Assembly (NCBI GenBank): GCA_965222375.1 | Contig: CBDCTZ010000005.1 | Span: forward strand, 574,821-638,820 | Length of the DNA: 64,000 bases | Source of the DNA: Polyangiaceae bacterium | GTDB lineage: Bacteria > Myxococcota_A > Polyangia > Polyangiales > Polyangiaceae | Direction: 5' to 3' | Shown here: positions 49,416-58,035 of the stretch, piece by piece | How the letters are laid out: every line of letters begins with the position of its first letter | Numbering within the stretch: the first letter of the stretch is position 1 | Translations under genes and position numbers: made by a program | Notes under the pieces: generated by a model | The model's input: the letters and a program-made list of their open reading frames with translations, nothing else | What the model was told of the DNA's origin: nothing | The model's database searches: none

Positions 49416-50516
49416 CTACTCGCTGTCCTCGCGTCGCTGTTTGACGACTAAGGGTGAGGAGCTTTTCTCTGCCGTTGCCGTCTGTGACGCCCTCGGTGGC
49501 CGTGATGGGTCGCGAGGTCCAGTTTTCGCCAGCGGGCGCTCTGGTTGCGCCGTTGGATGCGTTGCCGCGTGGATCGCTTTCAGCTTCCGGATGCTCACTT
49601 GCGTGTACACCTGCGTCGATTCTAGCGACGAGTGCCCGAGCATTTCTTGGATGTAACGCACGTCTGCGCCGCCCTCGAGCATGTGCGTTGCCATTGCATG
49701 TCGAAACACGTGACACGCTCCCTGCTTGCCGGCTCTGCGCACGTAGCGCCGGATGTTTTGCGACAGGCCCGGCGGCAGGAGCGGCTCGCCCATGTTCGTG
49801 AGGAAGAGGGCGCCGGGATCTGGCATCACCACTAGCTCGGGGCGCACGTCGCGGATGTACCGCTTCGCCCAGCCCAATGCGCGCTGTCCCACGGGCAGCA
49901 TGCGATCGCGCTGTCCTTTGCCCTCACGCACCATCAGTGTGCCGCGCTCCACGTCCAAATCGCTCAGCCGCAACGCGGTGAGTTCGCTGCGGCGGATCCC
50001 AGTCGAGTACATCAGCTCCAGAATCGCTCGGTCACGCACGCCTAGCGCCGTGGCGGTGTTGACCTGGGCGAGCACTTCTTCGACTTCCTTTTCGCTCAGC
50101 ACGTCCCGCGGCAGTCGTTGCGGTAGCCGCGGCAACTCCAGCTCGCTTGCGGGGTTCGAGGGCAACGCGTTTTGCTGCACCATCCAGCGAAAGAAGCGCC
50201 GCACCGTCGTCAGCATCATGTGCTGCGTTCGAAACGACATCTGCGGACCGCCGTCCGGGCGCCTGAGCAGGTACAGGTGTCGCTGGTATCGTTCCAACAT
50301 CGGCTTCGTTAGCTGCGAGGGGCGATACAAGTTGCGAGCCTCGCACCACTGCACGAAGCGCCGCAAACCGACTTCCCGGCTCTCCACCGTGTGCGCCGAG
50401 TAGTTCCGCGTCTGCAGCCACTGCAAGAAGCGCTGCGACCAAATCCAAAACCCGTCCGGCTCGTTTGGATCACCAATCGGACGCGGGGGCTGCTTGTTGC
50501 CGCGCTTGATCGGCAT
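49416..50516 (-). CDS. XerC/D-like tyrosine recombinase (unit A)
   Basis: All catalytic residues present: GIRRSE (R), REGKG (K), HVFRH, LGH, TQVYT (Y); N-terminal SAM-like domain. Confidence 0.95.
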   Translation of the reverse strand: MPIKRGNKQPPRPIGDPNEPDGFWIWSQRFLQWLQTRNYSAHTVESREVGLRRFVQWCEARNLYRPSQLTKPMLERYQRHLYLLRRPDGGPQMSFRTQHMMLTTVRRFFRWMVQQNALPSNPASELELPRLPQRLPRDVLSEKEVEEVLAQVNTATALGVRDRAILELMYSTGIRRSELTALRLSDLDVERGTLMVREGKGQRDRMLPVGQRALGWAKRYIRDVRPELVVMPDPGALFLTNMGEPLLPPGLSQNIRRYVRRAGKQGACHVFRHAMATHMLEGGADVRYIQEMLGHSSLESTQVYTQVSIRKLKAIHAATHPTAQPERPLAKTGPRDPSRPPRASQTATAEKSSSPLVVKQRREDSE

Positions 50517-50519
50517 CGC

Positions 50520-53500
50520 TCAGCGCCCCCGTGCTTGTACGACGCCACTTGCGTACGACGATTGTGACAGACCGTTCCCGCGACGTGCGTTTTTGCCGCT
50601 CGCGCCGTTGCGATCACCATTCGAGCCGTTTTGCTCCTGCGCCGCCCGGTTTTCACCACCCCGACCACCCCCCGACCGGGGGCCGACCAGGGGCCGACCG
50701 ACCCCCGCGAAGTTGCCCTCTGTGCCCCGCGAAGTGTGCGTCGTATTCGGCTCGTGATTCCCATCGAGCGTGTCGACGTCGAGCAGTCCAAGCAGAAACG
50801 GAGCTCCGTCTTGTCCCTGTCCGCCGTAGGTGAGTTCGTAGCAGTACGCTTGGCCGTGCTTGCCTCGGTGCGCGAGCACGTACTCCAGCTCCGCCAGCCG
50901 CCCCAGGTGCACCTTCAGCTGCGTGTCGCCCCAGCCGCTGTGCTCCCGCAGCTCTCGGCGGCTAAATCGATAGTCGCACCGGTCCAAGCCGAGTCGCTTC
51001 GTCTCCTGGGCGACCAGCGCGTCGACGAGGCCGAGCAAGCGCCGCGTTTGTGGCGGCAGCTCGTCCAGGCTCCGGCCCAGCACCTCGCGGGTCAGGCGGT
51101 TCGCGAGTTCGATGTCCTCTCGCGTCACCTCCACATACCTCAGCTTCGCTCCCCGATGCTCCACCTCCTGCACCGGCCGCTGGTACTGGTGCAGCAGCGC
51201 GATCGTCTCGATCAGACCCAGGTACTTCGTGTGATCTCGACGCATCCGTGTTCGATGATCTGGAAACGTCAGCTGCTCTGCGTAGGGATTCACCACCGAA
51301 AGCGGCCTCAAAAGGCGCTGAGCGTTCTGGTGCAGTTCCAGCAGGCGTGCCCGCTCGTGCCGGGTCTTCACTCCCTCCAGCGTCCGTAGCTGTCGCTGTC
51401 GCTCGTGGATCGCTCGCGTTTGCTCCCGCCCCTCGTCCACGGTGAGCACGATGCAGCGGTTGAGCAGCTCTTCGTCTACCTCGATCGCCGTCGTCGTCAA
51501 AAAGATCATCACCGGCCCCTGCACCCGGTACTCCTGCGTCACCAGCCGTCCCGTCGCTGGATCTTTGCCCGTGCTTGCGATGGTCAGCTCGCCTTCGCTC
51601 TGCAGCAGCTTCAGTGCGTAGCTCGCTCGCTCGGCGCCCTCTTCCTCCACGATGGCCAAGATCTTGTGCGCGAGATCGCTCTCGCCCATGTAAAACAAGC
51701 TCTGCCCCGTCATCGCCGAGTACTGCACGCGTTCTTCCTCGGGCATCAGCGCCAGCACCGCGTCCATCAACGAGGACTTGCCCGCCGCACTCGAGCTTTG
51801 GATGATCACCGCAAGCGGATCGTCCAGCTTGCGGCTGGTGGCAGCTAAGTAGCCGACGAGTTTGTTCGTGCGTTCACCGACGACTCCGCAGCGTTGGAAG
51901 TCCTCCAAGATCCGGTCGACCAGCTTTGGATCTCGCAGCAACTCCAACGCGGCCTTGCGAGCCGCATCGCTCATCTGCGCAGGCTTCGCCTCGGCCTCTG
52001 CGGCCTTGCGCTCGGCTTCTTGCCGCTCTTCGAGTTTGAGCAGCACGGCGCCCAGTTCGCGCTTGACCACGCGCTCTTCGAGGCCCAGTTCCACAGCGGC
52101 TTCCTTCGTGAAGACCGCACGCTGCCTCGCCGAGTACAGCTCCACCGTGTCCACGTGAAACGCCCCGCCTGCTCGCGAGACGTGGAGGTTCGTGCGCAGT
52201 TGTTCCGGGCCACCCTTCAACGCCACGCGCACTCGCCAGCGTCGATCGCCAAATCGAAACACCAGGTCATCACCCACCATTTCCAGCTCCACGCTCGGAT
52301 TTGCAGCTAAGGAGGGATGGGGTGGGGGCGGACTTGCTGGCGGCTGTTCCGCAACGATCACCGCCTCGGCTTCGTTGGCTTCGGCAGGCTGTGTGGCTTG
52401 TCGCTCGATCGACTCAGTCGGCTCGGCTGCAGCCGGCCGTGGTTTGCCCTCGCTGATCCACTCCGCCTGGCGCAACGCCAAGCCCAGGCTCTGTGCCGCT
52501 GGGCCCACCTTCAAGGCGTACTCGTTGGCGTCCATGCCCTTGGGAAACAGCACGCGTGCGCTGCCCACTCCCAGCTCGGTCAGCTCTCGCGACAGCTTGT
52601 CCGCCGCCCGGTCGCCGGCTTCGTCGCGATCGTAAGCAATCAGCACACGCTCGACGTTCTGCGCGGCCAGAGCGGTGCGGAGTTCGTCGGTGAAGCCCTC
52701 GACCCCGTAGGCCGTGGTCACGTTGCGGAAGCCGGCGCACCAGAGGGTCAGCGCATCGATCAGGCTTTCGCACAAGATAACTTCCCGGGCGCCCTCGATC
52801 CCCGACGCATTCCAGACTCCGCGATGCGGACCGGGCAAATACAGGTGAAGCGGTGTCCCCGGCCGCAGCCGCGCTGTGATCTTGCGCCCGTACATGCCCA
52901 CCGCTCGGCCCTCGGCATCGAAGACCGGGATCACCAGCGAGCCGTTCAGGTGCTCGTGGCCCGTCTCGCGGAAGATCCCGATCCGCTCCAGCGCCTTGCG
53001 TAGTTCGGCTCCTGTACGCTGGTTGCGAGAGGGCAACCGGTAGGACAGGGTGCGGTTCGCGAAGCCCAGGCGGAAGTGTTCAATGGCCTCCTCGTTCCTC
53101 AGCCCACGCTTTTCCAGGTAGGCCAGCGCCTCCGGACTCTCCTGCAGCGTCTGCTGGTAGTAGGCCACCACTTCCGCCATCAGCTCGCCGTCTGAGGCCG
53201 TCGTGTCCACGACCGCAGGCAGCTTCGGCAGCAGCGTCTTCTTCGCCGGCCGCCGCTTCGTCGGCTCTGCGACTAAGGAAGGATGATCTTTGCGCAGCAC
53301 TTCCACCGCATGCCGGAAACTCACCCCCTCCGCCTTCATCACCCAGTCGATCACCGTGCCGCCCGCCTGGCATGCACCCAGGCAGTGCCAAAGGTTCTTG
53401 TCCGGCGTGATCACCAAGCTCGGCTCTCGGTCATCGTGAAACGGGCACAGCCCGATCAGATCAGATCCGTGCTTCTGGAGCGCCACGCCCCGTGCCTCCG

Positions 53501-53564
53501 CGAGCCGCTCCACCGAAATCTCTCGCTTCAGTCGCTCGATCTCACTGCCGGCAATCCGTGCCAT
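50520..53564 (-). CDS. CHC2 zinc finger/TOPRIM DNA primase fused to a P-loop helicase-like domain (unit A)
   Basis: CPFHDD...WHCLGAC; ESLIDAL and AYDRDEAG (TOPRIM); SSSAAGKS Walker A and AIVEEEG Walker-B-like motif. Confidence 0.92.
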   Translation of the reverse strand: MARIAGSEIERLKREISVERLAEARGVALQKHGSDLIGLCPFHDDREPSLVITPDKNLWHCLGACQAGGTVIDWVMKAEGVSFRHAVEVLRKDHPSLVAEPTKRRPAKKTLLPKLPAVVDTTASDGELMAEVVAYYQQTLQESPEALAYLEKRGLRNEEAIEHFRLGFANRTLSYRLPSRNQRTGAELRKALERIGIFRETGHEHLNGSLVIPVFDAEGRAVGMYGRKITARLRPGTPLHLYLPGPHRGVWNASGIEGAREVILCESLIDALTLWCAGFRNVTTAYGVEGFTDELRTALAAQNVERVLIAYDRDEAGDRAADKLSRELTELGVGSARVLFPKGMDANEYALKVGPAAQSLGLALRQAEWISEGKPRPAAAEPTESIERQATQPAEANEAEAVIVAEQPPASPPPPHPSLAANPSVELEMVGDDLVFRFGDRRWRVRVALKGGPEQLRTNLHVSRAGGAFHVDTVELYSARQRAVFTKEAAVELGLEERVVKRELGAVLLKLEERQEAERKAAEAEAKPAQMSDAARKAALELLRDPKLVDRILEDFQRCGVVGERTNKLVGYLAATSRKLDDPLAVIIQSSSAAGKSSLMDAVLALMPEEERVQYSAMTGQSLFYMGESDLAHKILAIVEEEGAERASYALKLLQSEGELTIASTGKDPATGRLVTQEYRVQGPVMIFLTTTAIEVDEELLNRCIVLTVDEGREQTRAIHERQRQLRTLEGVKTRHERARLLELHQNAQRLLRPLSVVNPYAEQLTFPDHRTRMRRDHTKYLGLIETIALLHQYQRPVQEVEHRGAKLRYVEVTREDIELANRLTREVLGRSLDELPPQTRRLLGLVDALVAQETKRLGLDRCDYRFSRRELREHSGWGDTQLKVHLGRLAELEYVLAHRGKHGQAYCYELTYGGQGQDGAPFLLGLLDVDTLDGNHEPNTTHTSRGTEGNFAGVGRPLVGPRSGGGRGGENRAAQEQNGSNGDRNGASGKNARRGNGLSQSSYASGVVQARGR
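50661..50735. repeat. Helically phased iteron-like repeats in the 3' end of the primase gene (unit A)
   Basis: CCGACC at 50661, 50672, 50683, 50694; CCGCGAAGT at 50705 and 50727. Confidence 0.8.
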
Positions 53565-53593
53565 CGGCCCTCCACTGCAGAAAAATCACTACC

Positions 53594-53673
53594 CAACATC
53601 AATGTTGTGCGATCTAACATCCATGGTTTGCGTGAAGCAAGCATTTCTGGTAGCTAGTCCAACACCAATGCTG
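53594..53673. promoter_or_regulatory. Putative XRE operator sites (unit A)
   Basis: CAACAT-CA-ATGTTG (53594), TAACAT-CC-ATGGTT (53615) and CAACAC-CA-ATGCTG (53660), between the divergent primase and repressor genes. Confidence 0.6.
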
Positions 53674-53751
53674 CTGTTTGATCGACCTCGTCCGCCACGG
53701 AAGGTAGATGTTGAGGAGCCGCCCATCGCACAGGGTGGATTGGACCCTCCC

Positions 53752-54111
53752 ATGACCGACGATGGATTCTCGAAACGCCTCAAGCAGCTGCGCAAGCAGC
53801 GCGGCCTGTCCCAGGCCGAGCTCGCCGAGCTCGTCGACGTCCACTACAACCACATCGGCCGCTACGAGCGGGCAACCTCACGCCCCTCGGCCGACGCTCT
53901 CGCAAGGCTGGCCGACGCCCTCGGTGTTTCTGCTGACTACTTGTTCGAGGGCTCCCCCGAAGACGCCGCAAGAGCTGACTTCAAGGATCGAGAGCTGTTG
54001 CGCCAGTTCCAAGAGGTTGAGCAGCTGCCTGACGAGGACAAGGACGTCATCAAGAAGCTCCTCGACGCCTTCCTCATGAAGAAAAAGCTGCAGCGTCTGG
54101 CAGCCGGCTGA
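53752..54111 (+). CDS. XRE-family HTH repressor (unit A)
   Basis: RLKQLRKQRGLSQAELAE.V.VH...IGRYE....PS...L..LA.ALGVS.DYL. Confidence 0.92.
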   Translation: MTDDGFSKRLKQLRKQRGLSQAELAELVDVHYNHIGRYERATSRPSADALARLADALGVSADYLFEGSPEDAARADFKDRELLRQFQEVEQLPDEDKDVIKKLLDAFLMKKKLQRLAAG

Positions 54112-54128
54112 CGCCGAGGGCCTCCCCA

Positions 54129-54803
54129 GTGAGCGACACAACGACCACGCAGAAGATCACGAAAAAGTTTGAGCGGCTTCTCGCTGAGGGCAAGCAGATC
54201 CTACAAACTACTGGGTGGGACGGAAGTCACTACAGCACGTACCCCGATGACATCGACTATCGTCGGTTCCGCACGCAGGCTCTCAACCTAGTTCGAATTG
54301 TCTGCGGTGCCCAAAGTGATCACTACAAAGAGCTGTCCCGCATTGCTGAGGGAGACGGATCAGAATCCAACTCGTACTTCTTCAAAGATTGCTTTGGCGT
54401 GCTCCAAGCGGCGAAATCCGACTTCGACGACGGCCTGTTGTTCGATCTGCGTGCAGTCGTCGCAGCCGAAGTCCTGGGTGACTTCATCGATCAGGCTGAG
54501 GTGTTATTCGAAGCTGGATACTATGGTGCCGCTGTTTCCGTTGCTGGCGCCGTTCTCGAGGATGCGCTCCGGAAACTCTGCACTGCTCGCAACTTGCCCG
54601 TGCCCGAAAAAACAACCATCGGTGCCCTCAACGCTGATCTCGCGCGCGCAGGTGTCTACGAAAAGCTGGTGTTCAAGCGCATCATTGCCCTGGCCGACCT
54701 GCGCAACGACGCTGATCATGGGCACTTCGACAAGGTCTCGAAGGACGACGCTGGCGACATGGTTCGATACGTTCGTCGATTCTGCGCCGACTACCTCGTG
54801 TAG
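54129..54803 (+). CDS. HEPN-domain (DUF4145-like) protein
   Basis: AA...AGAVLE..LR.L helix and C-terminal RxxxxH motif LRNDADH. Confidence 0.72.
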   Translation: MSDTTTTQKITKKFERLLAEGKQILQTTGWDGSHYSTYPDDIDYRRFRTQALNLVRIVCGAQSDHYKELSRIAEGDGSESNSYFFKDCFGVLQAAKSDFDDGLLFDLRAVVAAEVLGDFIDQAEVLFEAGYYGAAVSVAGAVLEDALRKLCTARNLPVPEKTTIGALNADLARAGVYEKLVFKRIIALADLRNDADHGHFDKVSKDDAGDMVRYVRRFCADYLV

Positions 54804-54856
54804 CTCCCCGCCATACGCGTCGCTGAAGCACCGTCGACAGTCGAGCAAGCGCCCAA

Positions 54857-55078
54857 CATCCACGTCACTGGCTGGCTAATGCGGCCGTTAGGCCAGACGG
54901 CGCCGGGAGAGTCCATGTCCGGATCGAGTTCGGGGTGAGCGGCCAACCGCGTCGATGTTTGGCGCTGCGCCGCAGGCCAACGAAGCATTAGCCAGGCTCA
55001 ATCTGTCGACGCGAGACTGCGCTTGCGCGCTCCACGGCTCGCCCCGCGCCGGACTCATGAGCGTCCGCCGCGGGGCTT
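54857..55078. repeat. Conserved structured non-coding block NC3 (copy A)
   Basis: 222 bp, same length and near-identical to 62941-63162; nested inverted repeats. Confidence 0.9.
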
Positions 55079-55148
55079 CAATTCTCTGGGATCCCGTGGG
55101 GCGTCGCCATTGCGGTGGCTCATCATCTACCACTTCGGTATGCCGAGC

Positions 55149-55499
55149 CTACCCTTGGGTGGAGGTGCTACGGGTCAGGCTCACACTCTTGCGTTCCGCG
55201 CTGTATGCGGACGACATCAAATAGTCGGAAATCGGGGCCGGCATTTGTGGCCCCCAGAAATCCCAGTCCTCTGGCCATACTTCCAGCGCCCACGAGAGAT
55301 CGTTGCCGACTTCTTGGGCGTCTGAAAGGGATCGCCATATTTGGTCGAAGACCGACTCCGCAACCTGACTGGAACTCGACCAGTGGCCAAGGCACTGGCC
55401 GTCCGCACTCATCAATCGGATCCAACTCTTCCCCGCACTCTCGATTACGTGCGCTTCATAAGAATCCCCAAAAGCACGGCGTTCAACTAGTCGTGTCAA
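55149..55499 (-). CDS. Putative immunity protein for the ParB-like Rhs tip
   Basis: Directly downstream of the toxin; TTG start with an AAGGGA RBS; Trp/acidic-rich; call rests on position. Confidence 0.6.
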   Translation of the reverse strand: MTRLVERRAFGDSYEAHVIESAGKSWIRLMSADGQCLGHWSSSSQVAESVFDQIWRSLSDAQEVGNDLSWALEVWPEDWDFWGPQMPAPISDYLMSSAYSAERKSVSLTRSTSTQG

Positions 55500-55517
55500 T
55501 CTTCAATCCCTTCTTTC

Positions 55518-56609
55518 TCACTCGCCTGTGCCAACCTTCATTTCGATAAGCGTTCCAGGACTGATGCCGCCAGCACGAACTCGTCGACCGATTTCGAATA
55601 TCCTATGATGCCCGGCTTCGACACTGATCGTCGGGCCCGGCGCGAAAAGATCGTCGCCCAACCTATAGCTTCTTCTGGCCGTTATCGGATCGGTACCCTG
55701 GGGGCCTCCAAACCGCATTAGGTCAGCATTGGACAAGTTGCGCACCCCACCATGTCCCACAGTTGGACCGCCGAAGAGCTGTTCCTTGTTGATTGGATGC
55801 TTCAGGACCAGACGGTCGGTGTTCGCCAATTCGCCAGCGGTGGCATGAAATCTGTCGAACCGAGAAGAGATCTGTGGTCCCGGCGGCCCCCGCGCAGGCG
55901 CGGACGTCGTATCGACACGTGGTGGCCGAATGGCCTCTGCGCGCAACCGGTACCCGCCAACCGGCGAGACGGCCGCTCCGCCTATGATTCCAATGTGGTT
56001 CGCGACAACCGCCGCCTCGTTGTTGCCTGTCAGCGCCTGAAGCGAAACCACCACGGGCGCCGCAGGCGTGGTCATTGCCATCGTTGCAAGCCCTTCGGCA
56101 GCCTTCTGGCGTGCGGCGGCGGCAGCCCGGTGCGGAGTCGCGTCAATCGCCGCCTGCCGCCCCGCCTGCTGGGCGTCAAATACGCTCATCTGCAGATCGC
56201 GTGACTCCAGCCCCTTCTTGATTTCCGCCGCGGCCTGCTTCTGAGCCGCAAGATGCTCGTCAGTCCACTGCCTGAACGTGCTGTTCGCAGCTGCTACCTC
56301 ATCTGGTGACGCACTTCCTTGGCCCTGGGCGCCCTGGTCGGGACCACACGGCTTCGCATTGCTGCAAAGCCCAAGGGGGTCCGTAGCCTTCAACGTTTGC
56401 CCGCTGATATACGCGTAGACATTCAAGTCCCCACCCAGCGCATGCACGGTCAACGGATCCGGACTGACCCACCGATTCAGATGCGTGGAGAGGAAGCGCT
56501 TGCCAAAATAGTGGAGTCCAACAGTGACGTCCTCTTCCTTGCCGGTGAAACATGAGTCGGACGCAAACGTCGTACGCGCAGCCTCGATTTCTCGGGCGCG
56601 TATCGCTAC
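55518..56609 (-). CDS. Orphan Rhs C-terminal module with ParB/Srx-like toxin tip (no native start)
   Basis: FTGKEEDVTVGLHYFGKRFLSTHLNRWVSPDPL...NVYAYISG..LKATDPLGL; tip contains DPI...VEAGHHR. Frame is closed upstream by TAA 56610-56612. Confidence 0.85.
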   Translation of the reverse strand, partial: VAIRAREIEAARTTFASDSCFTGKEEDVTVGLHYFGKRFLSTHLNRWVSPDPLTVHALGGDLNVYAYISGQTLKATDPLGLCSNAKPCGPDQGAQGQGSASPDEVAAANSTFRQWTDEHLAAQKQAAAEIKKGLESRDLQMSVFDAQQAGRQAAIDATPHRAAAAARQKAAEGLATMAMTTPAAPVVVSLQALTGNNEAAVVANHIGIIGGAAVSPVGGYRLRAEAIRPPRVDTTSAPARGPPGPQISSRFDRFHATAGELANTDRLVLKHPINKEQLFGGPTVGHGGVRNLSNADLMRFGGPQGTDPITARRSYRLGDDLFAPGPTISVEAGHHRIFEIGRRVRAGGISPGTLIEMKVGTGE

Positions 56610-56759
56610 TTAGAAACTCAACGACCTGATGCGAGGTCCCGCTCTGCGGCGAAAATCCCCTGACGCGTGTTTGAGCCTACACGCGCTTTTTGGTCGACGC
56701 GAGACTGCATGCGCACATGCGTTTCGAGGCGTGATTTCTGGCGGCTAAAAAGAGAAGGG
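56560..56759. repeat. Conserved non-coding block NC1 (copy B)
   Basis: Near-identical to 48293-48488. Confidence 0.9.
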
Positions 56760-56773
56760 TCTAGGTTCGAGGC

Positions 56774-57616
56774 ATGCCGTCGTTGATGCACGAGGGGCTG
56801 TTGGCGCTGATTCGCGAGCGGCCAGAATTCGCAGCCGAGCTGTTGCGCGAGGTGCTCCACGTTGAGGTCCCCGCGTTCACGGAAGCTCGTGTTGCAGAAG
56901 CTGCTCTGAGCGAGCTGGTGCCCACGGAGTACCGCGCGGATTTGGTCGTGCTCTTGGTCGACGACAAGCCCGTCTTCGGCATTGTGCACGAGGCGCAGCT
57001 GAAGCCGGACGACCGCAAGCGTTTCACCTGGCCGATGTACGCTGTCGGCCTGCGTGCACGCTTTGAGTGCCCGGTCGTGGTGGTGATCATCACGGTCGAC
57101 GATGCCACGGCACGCTGGGCTGCAGAGCCCATCGCGCTCGGTGGCGGCTCCAGCTTCGTTCCGTTCGTCATCGGGCCCCGGGGTGTGCCCGTGGTCACCG
57201 ACATCGAGCTTGCCAAGCGCGAGCCGGAGCTGGCCGTGTTGTCGGTGATGGCCCACGGTCGGGATGAGGAGTCCGTTGCCGTGGCCATCGCCCGGGCAGC
57301 CACTGCTGGGATCGCGGGAATCGACGACGACCGTTGGGTGCTATACTCCAGCTTGATAGAGTCGTCGCTCAGCGACGCGGTCAGAAAGGCATTCGAAATG
57401 CTCCCGGAAGCTCAGCAGTTTTTCAGCGAATCGCAGCGCCGTTCGTTTTCCGAGGGCCGGGCCCAAGCGTTGCTCGACGTACTGGAGTCGCGAGAGCTGA
57501 CGATCTCCGAGGAGCAGCGCAAGCGCATTCTGCAGTGCACGGACGCTGAGGTACTCCGAGCCTGGACGCGCAAAGCCGTCACCGTGAAGACCACCGACGA
57601 GCTGTTCGCCGAGTAG
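56774..57616 (+). CDS. Rpn-like PD-(D/E)XK-fold protein
   Basis: EYRADLVVL...IVHEAQL nuclease-like motif; helical C-terminal tail EGRAQALL.VLE.R......R.RIL.C.D...L..W...AV. Confidence 0.6.
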   Translation: MPSLMHEGLLALIRERPEFAAELLREVLHVEVPAFTEARVAEAALSELVPTEYRADLVVLLVDDKPVFGIVHEAQLKPDDRKRFTWPMYAVGLRARFECPVVVVIITVDDATARWAAEPIALGGGSSFVPFVIGPRGVPVVTDIELAKREPELAVLSVMAHGRDEESVAVAIARAATAGIAGIDDDRWVLYSSLIESSLSDAVRKAFEMLPEAQQFFSESQRRSFSEGRAQALLDVLESRELTISEEQRKRILQCTDAEVLRAWTRKAVTVKTTDELFAE

Positions 57617-57720
57617 CGCGCAGCGAGGGGTAATGGACGCACTGAGGCCTGCGTGGGAGGGACCCACGCAGGCCGGACCGCACCGCGAGGGGCGGGTGGG
57701 TCCGTTCCACGACGCCATGA

Positions 57721-58010
57721 GGCGAGCGCGGCGGGGCGGGGCCGCCGCGTTCGCCGAGACGGTGCACGCGATGCGCCGGCGTCGTACATCGTGACTCGCA
57801 CCACGCCGCCAACTGTGGAGCGCAGCCCCCCGGCGCGAGGAAACATAATTCCCTTGTTATGTTTAGCGAGCGAGGGCACCCGGCGGCGAGGGGCTTGCTA
57901 GCGAGCCGCCGCGTCGAGCTCAGCGTTGCAAGCCCCATGACGCCGGGCGGTGCGCATAATGCAGCATTATGCGCACCGCCGAGCGAGCGACTCGCGCCGG
58001 GGGGCGGAGC
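57721..58010. repeat. Conserved structured block NC2 (copy B) with dif-arm-like palindromes
   Basis: AAACATAA-TTCCCTTG-TTATGTTT at 57841-57864; 35-bp palindrome at 57946-57980. Confidence 0.92.
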
Positions 58011-58035
58011 GGCAATTGTGTCCCAGCGCCGACCG

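Larger units (their letters stand above)
48293..56559 (-). mobile_element. Unit A of a tandem primase-helicase/Xer-recombinase element carrying an Rhs tip
   Basis: Gene order and three non-coding blocks are repeated ~8.1-8.6 kb away in unit B. Boundaries are placed at the Rhs-core junction by inference. Confidence 0.75.

Noticed and set aside
57646..57674. Intrinsic terminator after the Rpn-like gene
   Set aside because: There is a 12-bp stem but no U-tract on either side, so it is not called.
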